From Chiloscyllium plagiosum (Eukaryota): a stretch of 59,407 nt of DNA. Made by a program: the position numbers and the translations under genes. Shown here piece after piece: positions 1 to 13,100 of this stretch (position 1 is its first letter; each line of letters starts with the position of its first letter). The stretch spans positions 13,088,322-13,147,728 of the forward strand of contig NC_057751.1 of NCBI RefSeq assembly GCF_004010195.1, given 5' to 3'. The notes below the pieces were generated by a model. The model ran no database searches and was not told the origin of the DNA. It saw only the letters and a list, made by a program, of their open reading frames with translations.

Positions 1-124
1 ACATGTGTTTTGGGAGACAAAAATAATTCAAGGACCATTTTTCACTCCTTTCTGTTTCTTTTGTCTCCTGCTTTCTCTTTTCTCGCCCTCTCTTAATTTT
101 GCTTTTGGCATCTGATTTGACTGT

Positions 125-285
125 CTGGATTAGCGGTGCTGGAAAAGCACAGCAGCTCAGGCAGCATCCAAGGAGCAGTAAAATCGACGTTTCGGACAAA
201 AGCCCTTCATCAGGAATACAGGCCTGTGTTTTTCCAGCACCACTAATCCAGAATCTGGTTTCCAGCATCTGCAGTCATTGTTTTT
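125..285. repeat. Penelope-derived inverted-repeat element with hammerhead-like core on the minus strand
   Basis: Arms CTGGATTAGCGGTGCTGGAAAAGCACAG / CTGTGTTTTTCCAGCACCACTAATCCAG; CTGATGA-stem-GAAACGTC at 186-213 (-). Confidence 0.7.
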
Positions 286-869
286 ACCTATGAAATTCAC
301 TGTTCCAACTGACAATTCCTGGCTCAGAGTCTGCATTGTTCATTAATGAATCTTTGGTCTGATCGATTAAATAGACATCCAATGGATTACTCTACCCATA
401 CAACCTGTCCACGGTGCCCTGTATTTCGGCTGATTGGCAAACTCATTCAGTCCAGGTTCACCCCTGCAAACGGATCACTGCTAAAGGAGGTACATGTCTA
501 TGACTTTGTGTTTATCAGGGATATTTTGGATTCTGCCTTCATTCAAATTCATTTTGTCCGTCTGTAAACATTTCATAGAAAATGGAGCAATGCAGACTAG
601 TTGATTTTGGTTGCCCTGAACTCTCATGTATGGCAATTTGAGAAAACTGTAAGGGTCTGCAAGCTAACATGCAGGCAAGTGACAGGTCAATTCCCCTCCC
701 TAACTGACAGTGGGAATCAACTGTGCCTCAATCCAATAAGGTTGCTTCAATGACATGTGCTCTGGTCCCGGTTTAATAATGGAAATGGATTTTTGGTTTC
801 CACCAATGTCACTACAAATAATTTATTTTTAATCCCTAAACAAAATTAAAGGACACATATCTCTTACAG

Positions 870-1141
870 AAGTAATGATTTGGACTACCTTGAATTCCGG
901 CTCTGGATTGGTCTCCATTCTGCCATTCAATGCCTTCTTCTAGTTGCCATGGATGCCAGTTTCATCATTAAGTACATCACACGTTTTACAGAGGAAGGCT
1001 TCTCCATGCTTATCAGCCTCATCTTTATCTATGACGCCATCAAAAAAATGATAGGGGCCTTCAAATACTACCCCATCAATTCTGGCTACAATCCAGACTA
1101 TGTGACCATGTACAAGTGTGAGTGTGTGGCTCCAGATTCAG
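870..1141 (+). CDS. SLC4A5: SLC4A5 exon ([14 protein letters not shown]...[10 protein letters not shown])
   Basis: ctcttacag acceptor, gtgagt donor at 1142; frame of ORF 880. Confidence 0.95.
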
Positions 1142-4100
1142 GTGAGTCAGGCATCAACTCAGTTGAGAGGGATGAGAAAGAAAACAAATGAGTAGCATTC
1201 GCTTCATATCAAAACTAGTTTACATCCTTCTTCTCAATTTCATACTTTTCTATGTTTCCCCTGTTTCTGTCGGCAATATTTCAAACTAGTCTACATCCAT
1301 TAAGGCTGGAGACGTCTATTGGCTCTCTTGACTGAACCAGCAAGTGTATAATTACTTTTTTAAACATCCACCTGCCCAAATCACAGTAGGTTCCTGAGCC
1401 TAAAGTGTTTTCACACTTGCAGAATTCCCACCAGTACCACTTGATGTCAGAGGTCCTTGAAAGCTGCTCAGGAAGAAATTGCACTGCTGTACAGCTGGAG
1501 TCTCTGCGTCTACAGCTTATGCACACGTTCAATTAATGCCACATTGTGTCCACAGCCAGAAGTGATGTTTGTGGCTCTCACACAATAACGGGCATACTAT
1601 TACCTTTGACAATCCTCTGAAATTCATCATGGCAAGTTAGAAGGTGGATGTGACCATAACGGTAGCCAAGCTGCTTAGGCCTGAAATTGATTTTTGTGTT
1701 GTAAAGGCAACTAATATTGGTTATAGGGAATATTCATCTTTAAATGTGTAATTCTTTGAATGGGTGCCTGTTGTCAACTACTGTTAATTTGGCTTCTGTA
1801 ACTGATTATTTATTATTTTTACATCTGCTGCAAACTCTGGTTGGCCACTTCTAATCTTGGGTAAGTTTCCGAAAGAAAACTCTCTAAAAATCCTTTCAGC
1901 TTTTTCTTTCCTCTTCCCCTTCTATAATCTGATGACTTTGACTGGACATGGAATTGAAACTAATCATATTTAGATTTAGTGTGATAATATTGCATAGTAG
2001 GTGCTGTTTGGTACAAGTATTGGAAGCACAGACTTGAGCATTAGAAATCCTCCATTCAAACATTGTTTGTAACTCTCTCATCCTGACCCTTATCATCATT
2101 TATTGTTTGCAGATTAGAAGTCTGGTTGTTCTGAACCACAAAAGCACCAGGCACAAATTAAGTGTCAACATTCCCTTGAGGGAAAACATTGGCTTCTCTA
2201 TATTAGGAGCACTGCCGTTTCGATTATCTGAGGAAAAGGAGGAGGTCATGAAACCCCCTCAAGCCTTTTCCATATTGCAGTGAGACCATGGCCAACATTT
2301 ATCCTAATTTCATTTGTCTATTTTGTCTGTATATCCTTTAATTTCCCTGCATAGCAAAATGCTATCCATTCCAGATTTTACTTTATCAATTGAGCTTTGA
2401 CCCATTAGGTTTTGTGCAAGATAGTTCCACACTTCTGCAACTCTTTGAGTGAAGAGGTTTTGTTTTCTTTTTTAAGCCTGCTACACATATTTCTATTAAA
2501 TAAAATGCTTAGAGAAAATCTTCAGGTTTTCCTATCCACAATGTGGAGAAAGTGAAAAAAAGGTTTGCATGCAGAGTATGTTCTGACTCTTCACTTTAAT
2601 AGTGTGAACAGTTTTCAGATGCTCATCTTAAACATAGGTTGAAACATTTGCAGAAGATAAAAAGATATTTTTTGTTCATCTTAATTTCCCCCCGGAATGG
2701 TCCAGCTTTGAATTTAAGGTGATGTCCTTTTGTCTAAGATTCTCCCACCAGTAGAAATAAAGTTTATTTCTGTCAACCCAATCAGTTTCTATGAAAATTC
2801 TGAAATCGTCTATCAGATCATCCCCAATACATTCAAGCTGAATTATTTCTCTTCATAATCTAACCCATGGACTCCAGATGACATCCTGATGGCTATGTAC
2901 TGGGATTCCTTCATTGTGACTTTCACACAGTGAGATGACCCAAATGGCTCACTTTATAATGAGAGATGAGTTGTCTCATTAAAAATTAAATCAGATGGAG
3001 TTTTATACTCCAGAAACTATTTTGAATGTGAAAAGAATTGAACAGTTGCCACAGCTTTCCTTTCCTGCAGGCATTCAGGATATTTAAATGTAATATCCTC
3101 AATTGATAATTCTGTTGAATTTAGAATAGATTCCCTACAGTGTGGAAATAGGCCCTTCAGCCCAAACATCCACACCGACCCTCCGAAGAGCAACCCACCT
3201 CCTTTTGATTAATGCATTTAACACTCTGGGCAATTTAGCATGACCAATCCACAAGACCTGCACATCTTTGGCCTGTGGAAGGAAACTGAAGCACCTGGAG
3301 GAAACCCACACAGACACGGGGAGAATGTGCAAACTCCACACAGACAGTCGCCTGAGGCTGGAATCAAACCTACGTCTCTGGCGCTGTGAGGCTGCAATGC
3401 GAACCACTGAGCCACCGTGCTGCCCCAAAAAGATCAGAATTTCAAAAGGATGGTACTATATTCGAAATTTGTCGACATAATTTGTCCTTCAAGTCCAAAC
3501 AAGCCCTTTGTTTTGCGTTCTTCTGGGAAAATATTTGTCTGTATAATGAATAGCAATTGTAAATGCATGATTTATTAATTGAACAGTGACACATTAGGAG
3601 AATGATCTGCACAGAAACCATTAGCGAATGAACAGTTTGTGCCGATCAATGGACAAACTTTTGTTTAGATTGCAAATAATATGAATCAAATTGACACATG
3701 CTGCCACTTGAAAAAAAGACATTGTGTACTTAAGCACCAGGGCGTTCAAATGTTTAACTGCTTATTGCAACCAATGGGGAATATGTTTCATTTATATGGA
3801 GAATGGTCCTTTTTATTAACATATAAAATAAAGAAAATCCAGTGCATTGTTTTAAATATGAGATTCTTATTTACTTAAGCTTTATAGGATGTTCAACTTC
3901 AGTTCCAAGTAATGTGTCTGTTCATCGCTGTTTCCAAATCAATTAGATGAAAGACTAAAACATTCAGAGGATTCAGCAAAATCAGAGTTTTGCTGAAGGC
4001 TGGTTGTTTGTTATTGGTTGGGATGATTTATTAAAATAGCATAGAAGGGAATAGGGATGGAAGTGCCAACAGCTAAAGAATGTCTACAAAGCCAAGATTT

Positions 4101-7100
4101 TGATAACAATACTAAACATGCTATTTTGTTGCCTTACAGTGAATTCAACTCTGTTCAATGCTTCAGATTCACTGGCTTTGAATAACACTAACATTTCTTT
4201 GGTAAGTTTCAATCTCCACAATTTGACTGGTATTGTTCAATGTTTCCTTCAATCTCCATCAGCAGATGGTAGGAAAATTGGGTCATGGTTTTGCACAACA
4301 CCAGAAAATATGGGAACCCCAGGAATGACATTAGTTCAAGGCAGCTCACCATTACCTATTGAGGGGAACTAGGGATGGGCAATAAATGCTGGCCCAATTA
4401 GCAAAGCACACATCCCATAAATTATATTTTTTTTTGAAAATTCCAAACTTGCACTTCCCACCAGAGACCATCTCAGCAATGATGAGGCAGTTTTAGTTGA
4501 GAGACGGCCTAATAGAAGTATATAAAATAATGATGGTATAGGCAGAATTAGTAGTAGTTGTCTTTTCCTTAGGATGGGGGATTTCAAGACTAGGCGACAC
4601 ATTTTTAAGGTGAGAGGAGAGAGATTCACATAGGGTTCTTCATGTGTGGAATGAACTCCCTGAGGAAGTGGTGGATGTGAGTACAATTACAATGTTTAAA
4701 AGACTTCTGGATAAGTACATGAATAGGAAAGGTTTGGATGGATTAGGGCCAGGAGCAAGTAGATGGGACTAGTTTTGTTTGGGATTATGTTCAGCATGAA
4801 CCAGTTATTTCTGTGCTGTATGACCCTGAAACTAAGAACACTAATGTTCTTGCTGTTTCTGGCAACTGGGTGAAAATTTCCAGCACCCTAACTACACAAT
4901 TTCTCAATTCAAAATCAGTTCCTAAACTCTAGCACTAGAAAGGTCAGAGCAACAGACATATGTGAACACTATCCCTTCCACCCACCATGCCAACTCTGAT
5001 GTGTATAATTAATCCGTATCATTGTCATGGCAATGGCAATAATTAGCATTGGTTTGGCATCCAAATCCCTAAATAATAGCAGTTCAAAAGCTCATTCAAG
5101 GCAGCTCACCATCACCTTTCAGGATGGAAATAAGATTGTGAAATAAATGTTGGCCTTGTTCATTACTTCTACACCTTGAGAATGAATTTATAAAAACTAT
5201 GACACCTGGTAAGAGATAACACTTATTTGGGAAAGGCGAGACATCAACCGTTTGTCTCAGTTCTCTAGTTGCCTAAGTGGATTACTTAGCCGATTTGATG
5301 CTGCCAGGTGCAAATGCCCTAAATCAACATTGAAATGTTATGACACCTTTTATGTCTCAACTGGTGTTGCAAATGAACCCTTGTCATCCATGAATTTATT
5401 GTAGATTATCATGTTGAGTTATGATGTTGATAGGAACATGGCTCATGGTGATGATATCTGACCCGCCAATGAAGCCTCCCCACTTGTCTACATTTACATG
5501 TTTTATCTGCTAGAAGCACCAAGATTGTGGTATAGCCTTTTTCTGTAGAGCGCACCTTTTGCATAATATACAAGTGTTTGTATCATCAGGGAAACTGTAG
5601 TGCTCGCAATAATTACAGCTTATAACATGTCTGTTTAAAGCAACAAGAGTTTGAGTCTTTGCACAACTAGATAATGCATTATTAGGTAAAGACTTTCTTA
5701 AAGTATCTTCATTTCCTTTTCTCTTTCCTAAGTATAATGTTGTCAATACAACAGCACTGGACTGGAGTCAACTCAGCAAGAAGGAATGCCTCACATATGG
5801 GGGGAGCCTGGTTGGAAAGTCCTGCAAGTATGTTCCAGATCTAGCCTTAATGTCTTTTATCCTCTTTTTTGGGACATACTCACTGACAGTGACCCTCAAG
5901 AAATTCAAGTTTAGTCGCTACTTTCCAACCAAGGTAAGTGCTCTCCTGAAACACTTATGGGTTGAAACTTTGCAGATAGTCTGCAAGCTCAGGCAGAGCA
6001 ATAGAATTATTCCACATGTCGCAAAGAATCTTGCCAACAGCTACTGAATCCAATTTGTTGAACATTATTGAATTTGCTTCAAACATGTTTGTTGTCCATG
6101 CTCGAATAGTGGTCATAACAATTTTATTCTCCCAAGGTTTTAGAGAAGGTGCATTTCTTCAAACAAATAATGTTGAAATTCACAGTCCAGCTTCCTTTAC
6201 CTCTTTTCCCAATGGCATTTACAAAAAGAAAACTTGCCATTCTCAAGCTAAATACTGACAAAGCAGTCAAAAAGGCGGCAATATTTTCCTCCAAAAAATA
6301 AATTAAACAGTAGAGTATAAATCACAATTGCTAAAGTAAGCTATGATCTCAAACATGATTCTGAACTGATCTATGAGTGTTGTGGAAATAGAATGCAGCA
6401 GAAAGTAAGTCATGTGAACAATTGTATATGAAATGGGGTGCAAAGAATTGCCCATGGACATTTCACTAGGCAGGAATAGAGTCATAGAGTCATAGAGCTG
6501 ACAGCACGGAAACAGACCCTTCGGTCCAACTCGTCCCTGCCGACCAGATATCCTAACCCAATCTAGTCCCACCTGCCAGCACTCAGCCCATATCCCTCCA
6601 AACGCTTCCTATTCATATACTCATCAAGATGCCTTTTAAATGTTGCAATTGTACTAGCCTCCACCACTTCATCTGGCAGCCCATTCCACACACGCACCAC
6701 CCTCTGCATTAAAAAGCTGCCCCTCGGGTCTCTTTTATATCTTTCCCCTCTCAACCTAAACCTATGCCCTCTAGTTCTGGACTCCCCCTCCCTGGGGAAA
6801 AGACTTTGACTATTTACCCTATTCATGCCCCTCATGGTTTTATAAACCTCTATAAGGTCTTCCCACAGCCTCCAATGCTCCAGGGAAAACAGCCCCAGCC
6901 TATTCAACCTCTCCCTATAGCTCAAATCCTCCAACCCTGGCAATATCCTTGTAGATCTATACTGAACCCTTTCAAGTTTCACAACATCATTCTGATAGGA
7001 AGGAGACCAGAATTGCATGCAATATTCCAAAAGTGGCCTCACCAATGTCCTGTACAGCCGCAACATGACTTACCAACTCCTGTACTCAATACTCTGACTA

Positions 7101-10100
7101 GTAAAGGAAAGCATACCAGACAAATAGATCAATGGAGTGTGGAAACCAAAGCTTTTCGCATTTTAAAAGCTTCTACAAAAATCCATAAATTTCACAATTT
7201 CCATGTAGAGTTTGGTTGTGTAGTTGCTTTGCTCCTCACTAATTCCCCTTGCAGTCTATGCTCAGGCTACAGATAAGACTGTCTCCTCTCAATGCTCTAC
7301 CTGTGCTTGTGACCTTGACCCTGAAAATGTATTTCTCCTTCCTTGCATGACCTTTCTCCCATGTCCACTTATCCCTTTATTTTCCATTAGATCCGAAGCC
7401 TGATCACAGACTTTTCTACAGTAATCTCCATTCTTGTTTTCTGTGGAATCGATGCTGCTGTCGGACTGGATACACCCAAACTGCATGTCCCCAATGAAAT
7501 CAAGGTTTGAGTAGAACTTGGCCATTTAATATCTCTCATGTTGATGTACATACTTTAGAAGGCAGCTTCCTACTGTTTTTGAACCTGAAGTGTTCCTAAG
7601 TGTTGTAACATAACATTGAAGTAAATATGTTTTCTAAATGGGTTTGCCGACTTACGTTAGTTTCAGAGTCATGGGAGCCAAACCAGGAAACTTTCAATTC
7701 TTTGTCAAGGAATTTTCTCTTCTTCCACAACTTGGCTTCCCGCACAACTTAAGCCTCCTTAGAAAACTAGTGACTTTTTCGTAATCAATGAATAGACTAA
7801 GGATCTCTTGTCAAAGAGGTAGTAGTTGGTCAAGTAGGATGGCCAATCTGGATGCTACATTTTCTAGCTTGCTTGATTTTCTCAAAATTATTATTATTAA
7901 CTTATTATTAACTAAGCAGATCATTGCAGGATACAGGGACCTGAAAATGCAGGTGTCTGACTACAGCATAAAAAACACCATGTTCTAGCCCATTTCAGTT
8001 CTGAAATAGGCTTATTAGACTTGAAACGTATACTCGCTTTCTCTCTTTCCATATGCTGCCAGAGCTGCTGAGTTCCTCCAGCACTTCCTGTTTTTACTTA
8101 TAGCAGGTCTTTTGTTCACTTGAAATGTGCCAAAATATAACATACTTCCCATGATCACAATTTAAACTGGGGGGAAAAATCCTTTCTTGTTCTGCCAACA
8201 GTGGCAAACTGGATTTTACTGAAGTCCCTGTACAAGACATCAAGTGCTTCACCTCAGCCTGATAATTTGTTAAACCAATGGGATGCACAGTCAGAGCTGC
8301 CCAGGGGAGGCCAACTGAATTAGGATCTATTTTCTCTGCACACTCAACATCATAGTTATCAGAACTTGGTGTACCTGGGGAACATCATAGTTATCAGAAC
8401 TTGGTGTACCTGGGGAAGGTCTGGTTGAGTAACATTATTTGGGATGAAGTGTAACTTCTTTCCTCGAATCAACATTAAAAATACTTATTTCAATATTTCC
8501 TCATTCCTTTACTCTTTGACTTTTATTCTTTTTGTATGTCACATTTCCGTCTGGATGTTTCTACCATCTGTTCTGTTGATCTATCTTAGCTCCGGAAACT
8601 TATCAGTGACTTTTCTATCTTCACGTCTATTCTGATTTTTGTTGGGATTGATGTTCTTTTTGGACTGAACACACCAAAACTTCAAGTGCCAACTGAGCTA
8701 AAGGTAAATCTCAAGGGCTTTTCATCAGTAGAATAAATTAAATAAATGGGAAATGGTTTTAGTTGTATGCTGGTTTATGGAACTGTCCTTTTGTACCCAG
8801 GTCCCTGCTTAAAGTATTCCATCAGTAGTGAGATTAATGACCATTCAATGTTAACATAAAGATTCCACATCAATTGAATTCATCTTGATCTACTTCTTGG
8901 CAGTGTAGCAGAATGTTGCTCATAATTCAACACAATTTTACTGGCTTTTAGAATGGTTGATACTAAGGATACAAACTGGAAACTGGCCACATCGGCCCTT
9001 TTATAGAGATTGTGCTTCATGCAGATAAGTTAACTTCATGTTGCACTTAACCCTAACGCATCTTGACAAAGTTCAAGCTAGATATTATTAAGTGCTTCCA
9101 TTCCATTTTTCCTCATATATTCAAAATCAATTTATTTTAAAAATTAATTGACCTCTTATTCTGCCACACAAAGTAATTTTTCTATCTTAAAAGGGGATGT
9201 ATTATGTTTTAACATTTTATCTGGAGAATTATTTTGATCTGAGCAGAAATCATTGTGCCTTCATCTGTCTTTATGGGAGGTATCGTGGTGAAGGTACAAA
9301 GTTTCAACAGAACTTTGATGAATTTAATAAAAGTGGAAGGTGAGATAAATCACACAGTAAGAATTAAGTAACATCAGTTGGACATTTTCTTTAGCCTGAC
9401 TATTACACAGCAAGTTTCAATGCCATCGTTTTTTTCTTAACTTTAAATGAGGACAGTTAACAAACTTAATAATGTGATTAACCAAGCATTAACAAGGTTT
9501 CGTGAAGAATTGGCTTGGAATATATATTTAAACACAAAGATGTGCAACAGAGTCCTCATTTTGAAAAATATCTCAGTGTTTCAATAATCTCAGTACATCA
9601 AGAAGAGTCTTTCATGAGTTCTGTTGTTTATACGATCACTCAAACTTTAGGCTGAAGTGAATAAATTATACAATTTGTGATCACATTAGAAAAACACACA
9701 AACTAACCAAATACCCACACTTTTAAATTTTTTCTTGTAGCCAACCCGTTCAGATCGAGGCTGGTTTGTTCTTCCCTTTGGTAAAAACCCCTGGTGGATC
9801 TACCTTGCCAGTGCCTTACCTGCTCTCCTAGTAACTATATTGATCTTCATGGACCAACAAATCACAGGGGTAATTGTGAACAGGAAGGAGCACAAATTGA
9901 AGGTAGGTAATCAATTACTGTGTGCCAAGCAGGCGAGACACAGATGCTTTGGTTACATGGCAATAGTTGCTTCAGTGCAAGAAGTGTTGGAACCTCCTCA
10001 ACATTCCTTCAGGAAACTGGAAGGTTTGCAGTGTTCCAACAAGGCTGAGTTTGATGGCAATTTAAAGTTTATAATTAATACTTGGATATGCTGTTTCTGT

Positions 10101-13100
10101 AGGTCAACTTGTCAGCATTTCACCTTTCATCAGCTCTTAAATTTTGATAACTGATACAGGTCTCTGATTGGCTGGTGCAAGTGCCTTGACATAGCTCTCT
10201 CAGTTCAGAATGCCTGTCAGCTATTTCTGTTCCTTGTCCAGCTTCCTGCTCACTCGCTGCACACCCCTATGCAACCCTCACACCTCCCACTTCCCAATGT
10301 TACAGTTAAAGCTGCCTCTGTAATTTCTAACCCATTCCAATTAGACTGCCAACAGTCACAAGCTACCTGCATCCAACTGAGATCCTACCAGTGGCCTCCA
10401 GCCTTGGGCCATCAGGCTCTCAATATCCTCCACTGGAACTTGACTACTTGCTTTGAGCATCTGTTGTTCATGAGTCCATCACTTCCAGCTCCTACTTTTA
10501 TCCATGACATCATAGGGAAGGATGGCTTCATTTTTGAAATAAAAACAGAAAATGCTGGAGAAACTCAACAGGTCATGCAGCATCAGTGGACAGAGAAATA
10601 GAGATAACATTTAAAGTCCAATATGATTCATGTCTAGATATATTTGGGACTGAAAATGTTCACTTTGTTTCTCTGCCCACTGATAGTGTCTGACCTGCTG
10701 AGTTTTTCCAGCATTTACTTTTTTTTTACTTCAGATTGCCAGCATCTGCAGTATTTTGCTTTTATTTTTAGTTTCTTAACCCAACAACAGCAATGTACAT
10801 GTGTTTTGGAGGGGCTGTAATTAAATCTAGGTCTAATTGATTTGATTTATTTATTATTATCATGTGTACCGAGATACAGTGAAAAGTATTATTTTGTGTG
10901 CTTTCCAGACAAATCATACTTTACCTAAGTGCATCTGGGTAAGACAACAGAATGCAGAATATATTGTTACAGCTACAGAAAAGGTGCAGAGAAAGATCAA
11001 CTTTAATATATGAGAGATCCGTTCATAAGTCTGATAACAGCAGGGGGGAAGCTGTTCTTGAATTTGTTGGTTTATTTTCTACTTTTTGTATCTTCTGCCC
11101 AATGGAAGAGAATATATCCGGGGTGGGAGGAGTCTTTGATTATGTTGGCTGCTTTCCTGAGGCAGCAGGACTTTTAGATGGAGTCAATGGAAGGAAGACT
11201 GGCTTTCATGATGGACTATTTCTTATGGTCTTTGCAGAGCAGTTGCCATAGCAAGTCGTGATGCATCTGAGTAGGATGCTTTCTATGGTGCATCTGTAAA
11301 AATTGGTGTGAGTCATTGTGGAGATCCTGAATTTCCTTCGACTTCTGATGAAATAGGGACATGGGTGTGTTTTCTTGATGACCAGGACACATTGTTGGTG
11401 ATATTAACCCCCAGGAGCGTGAAGCTCTCAGGCGCTTTGGAGAAGGACGGATGCATGTTAATAGTTCTCTTATTTAATAAGTTTTTAAAAATCCTGAATT
11501 GAATAATCACACATTCTGAAAGAACTATAACACCATCTCATCTTTATATGGCAATAATGAGGTAATATGACACCTAGTGGGAGAAGCTGTTTTGTTTTAA
11601 ATTGCCTCAAAATTCATTGAATGGAATGGAGTTAATAAAAGGCTATGTATAACTCTCTGCCTTCACATCATGACAAGTACAGAAGAATAATTCTCACATC
11701 AAATAGCTTCATGTGAAACATTTGAAGTCAAGCAGGTTCAAATCATATAATTCTCTAAATGATAGAGAGCATGAAATTGATAGGAATGAAAATGAAAAAT
11801 CTGAAGTCTTTTTTTACATAAAGTAATATTTGACAAGTAATTTATTTTAAAGCTTAAATGAAACTTGCAGAGAACTGGAGACAAATTTGACTTAATTAAA
11901 CTATTTCTCTATCTCTGCTGCAGAAAGGAGCTGGTTACCATTTGGATCTGTTTTGGGTTGGTCTTTTACTGGCGATTTGTTCTTTTATGGGTCTTCCATG
12001 GTATGTGGCAGCAACAGTTATATCTATCGCTCACATTGATGGTTTAAAAATGGAAACGGAAACCAGCGCACCAGGAGAACAACCACAGTTTCTTGGCGTC
12101 AGGTATTTAAGCACAGAACTGCTGACTTCATTGTTTTCTTTCAAGTGCAGTTAAACGTTTAGTGCCAAATTTAGACAGAACAGAGGTTGACTTTCTATTG
12201 AATTTTTACAGTCAAGTTTTATGACGACAAAATATTGATCTATCTAACTCACAAGTTTTACAAACATTCAGTCTCACCCAGGGTATTAAATACAAAACAC
12301 TGGTAAATTCCTTTTAAGTTTATGCTTTATATGCGGTAAGTATTTATCGGAATTCTTCCATGAAAATAGCAAGAGAAAGAATGAACTTGTAGCTCAATGC
12401 CTACTGCTGACAATTTGTACTGAAAACTGTCACAAATTACATGTTTCTTGCCATCTTCCAACAGGAACAGTTCTTGAGGTGTCTTGCTAAAAAGTTAAAA
12501 ATCACACAACACTAGGTTATAGTCCAACAGGTTTATTTGGAAGCACTAGCTTTCAGAGCGCTGCTCCTTCATCAGGTAGGATTTCCACAGCTACCTGATG
12601 AAGAAGCAGTGCTCCAAAAGCTAGTGCTTCCAAATAAACCTGCTGGACTATAACCTGGTGTTGGGTGATTTTTAACTTTGTCAACCCCATTCCAACACCG
12701 ACACCTCCACATCATTGCTAAAAAGTGATGATTCTCCTGCTTTGCATTCCTGGCTTTTCTGTTTGTGTTTCAGACATCTGACATCTGTGGTTTCTCCCCT
12801 TCCACATTTTTTGCAACTTCTGTCACTTCACCATGTTAATAATTTTCTGCGATAGAGATAGAAATTACTGGAAAAGTTCAGCAGAACTGGCAGCATCAGT
12901 GGACAGAAATCAGAGTTTCTGTGTCAAGTCGAGTGACCCTTCCTCAGAAGCGACCCAAAACGTTAACTGTGATTTCGCTCCACAGATACTGGCAGACTTG
13001 CTGAGCTTTTCCAACAACTTCTATTTTTGTCACAGAAAATTATTCCTCAGAAACGACCCGAAACGCTAACTGTGATTTCTTTCCACAGATGCTGTTAAAC

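Noticed and set aside
3135..3480. ORFs and tRNA-like A/B boxes suggesting a tRNA gene or small protein (also 35775-36135, 44155-44379)
   Set aside because: They are SINE copies; the tRNA-like head continues into a V domain and LINE tail.
6764..7276. 170-aa plus-strand ORF
   Set aside because: Antisense shadow of the CR1 LINE fragment.
8346..8415. 35-36-bp direct repeats as CRISPR-like arrays (also 37757-37828)
   Set aside because: Only two adjacent copies with no spacers, in a vertebrate genome.
7391..8703. Duplicated exon as an assembly artefact or recent segmental duplication
   Set aside because: The copies differ at 15/38 aa and many synonymous sites, and their flanking introns are dissimilar.
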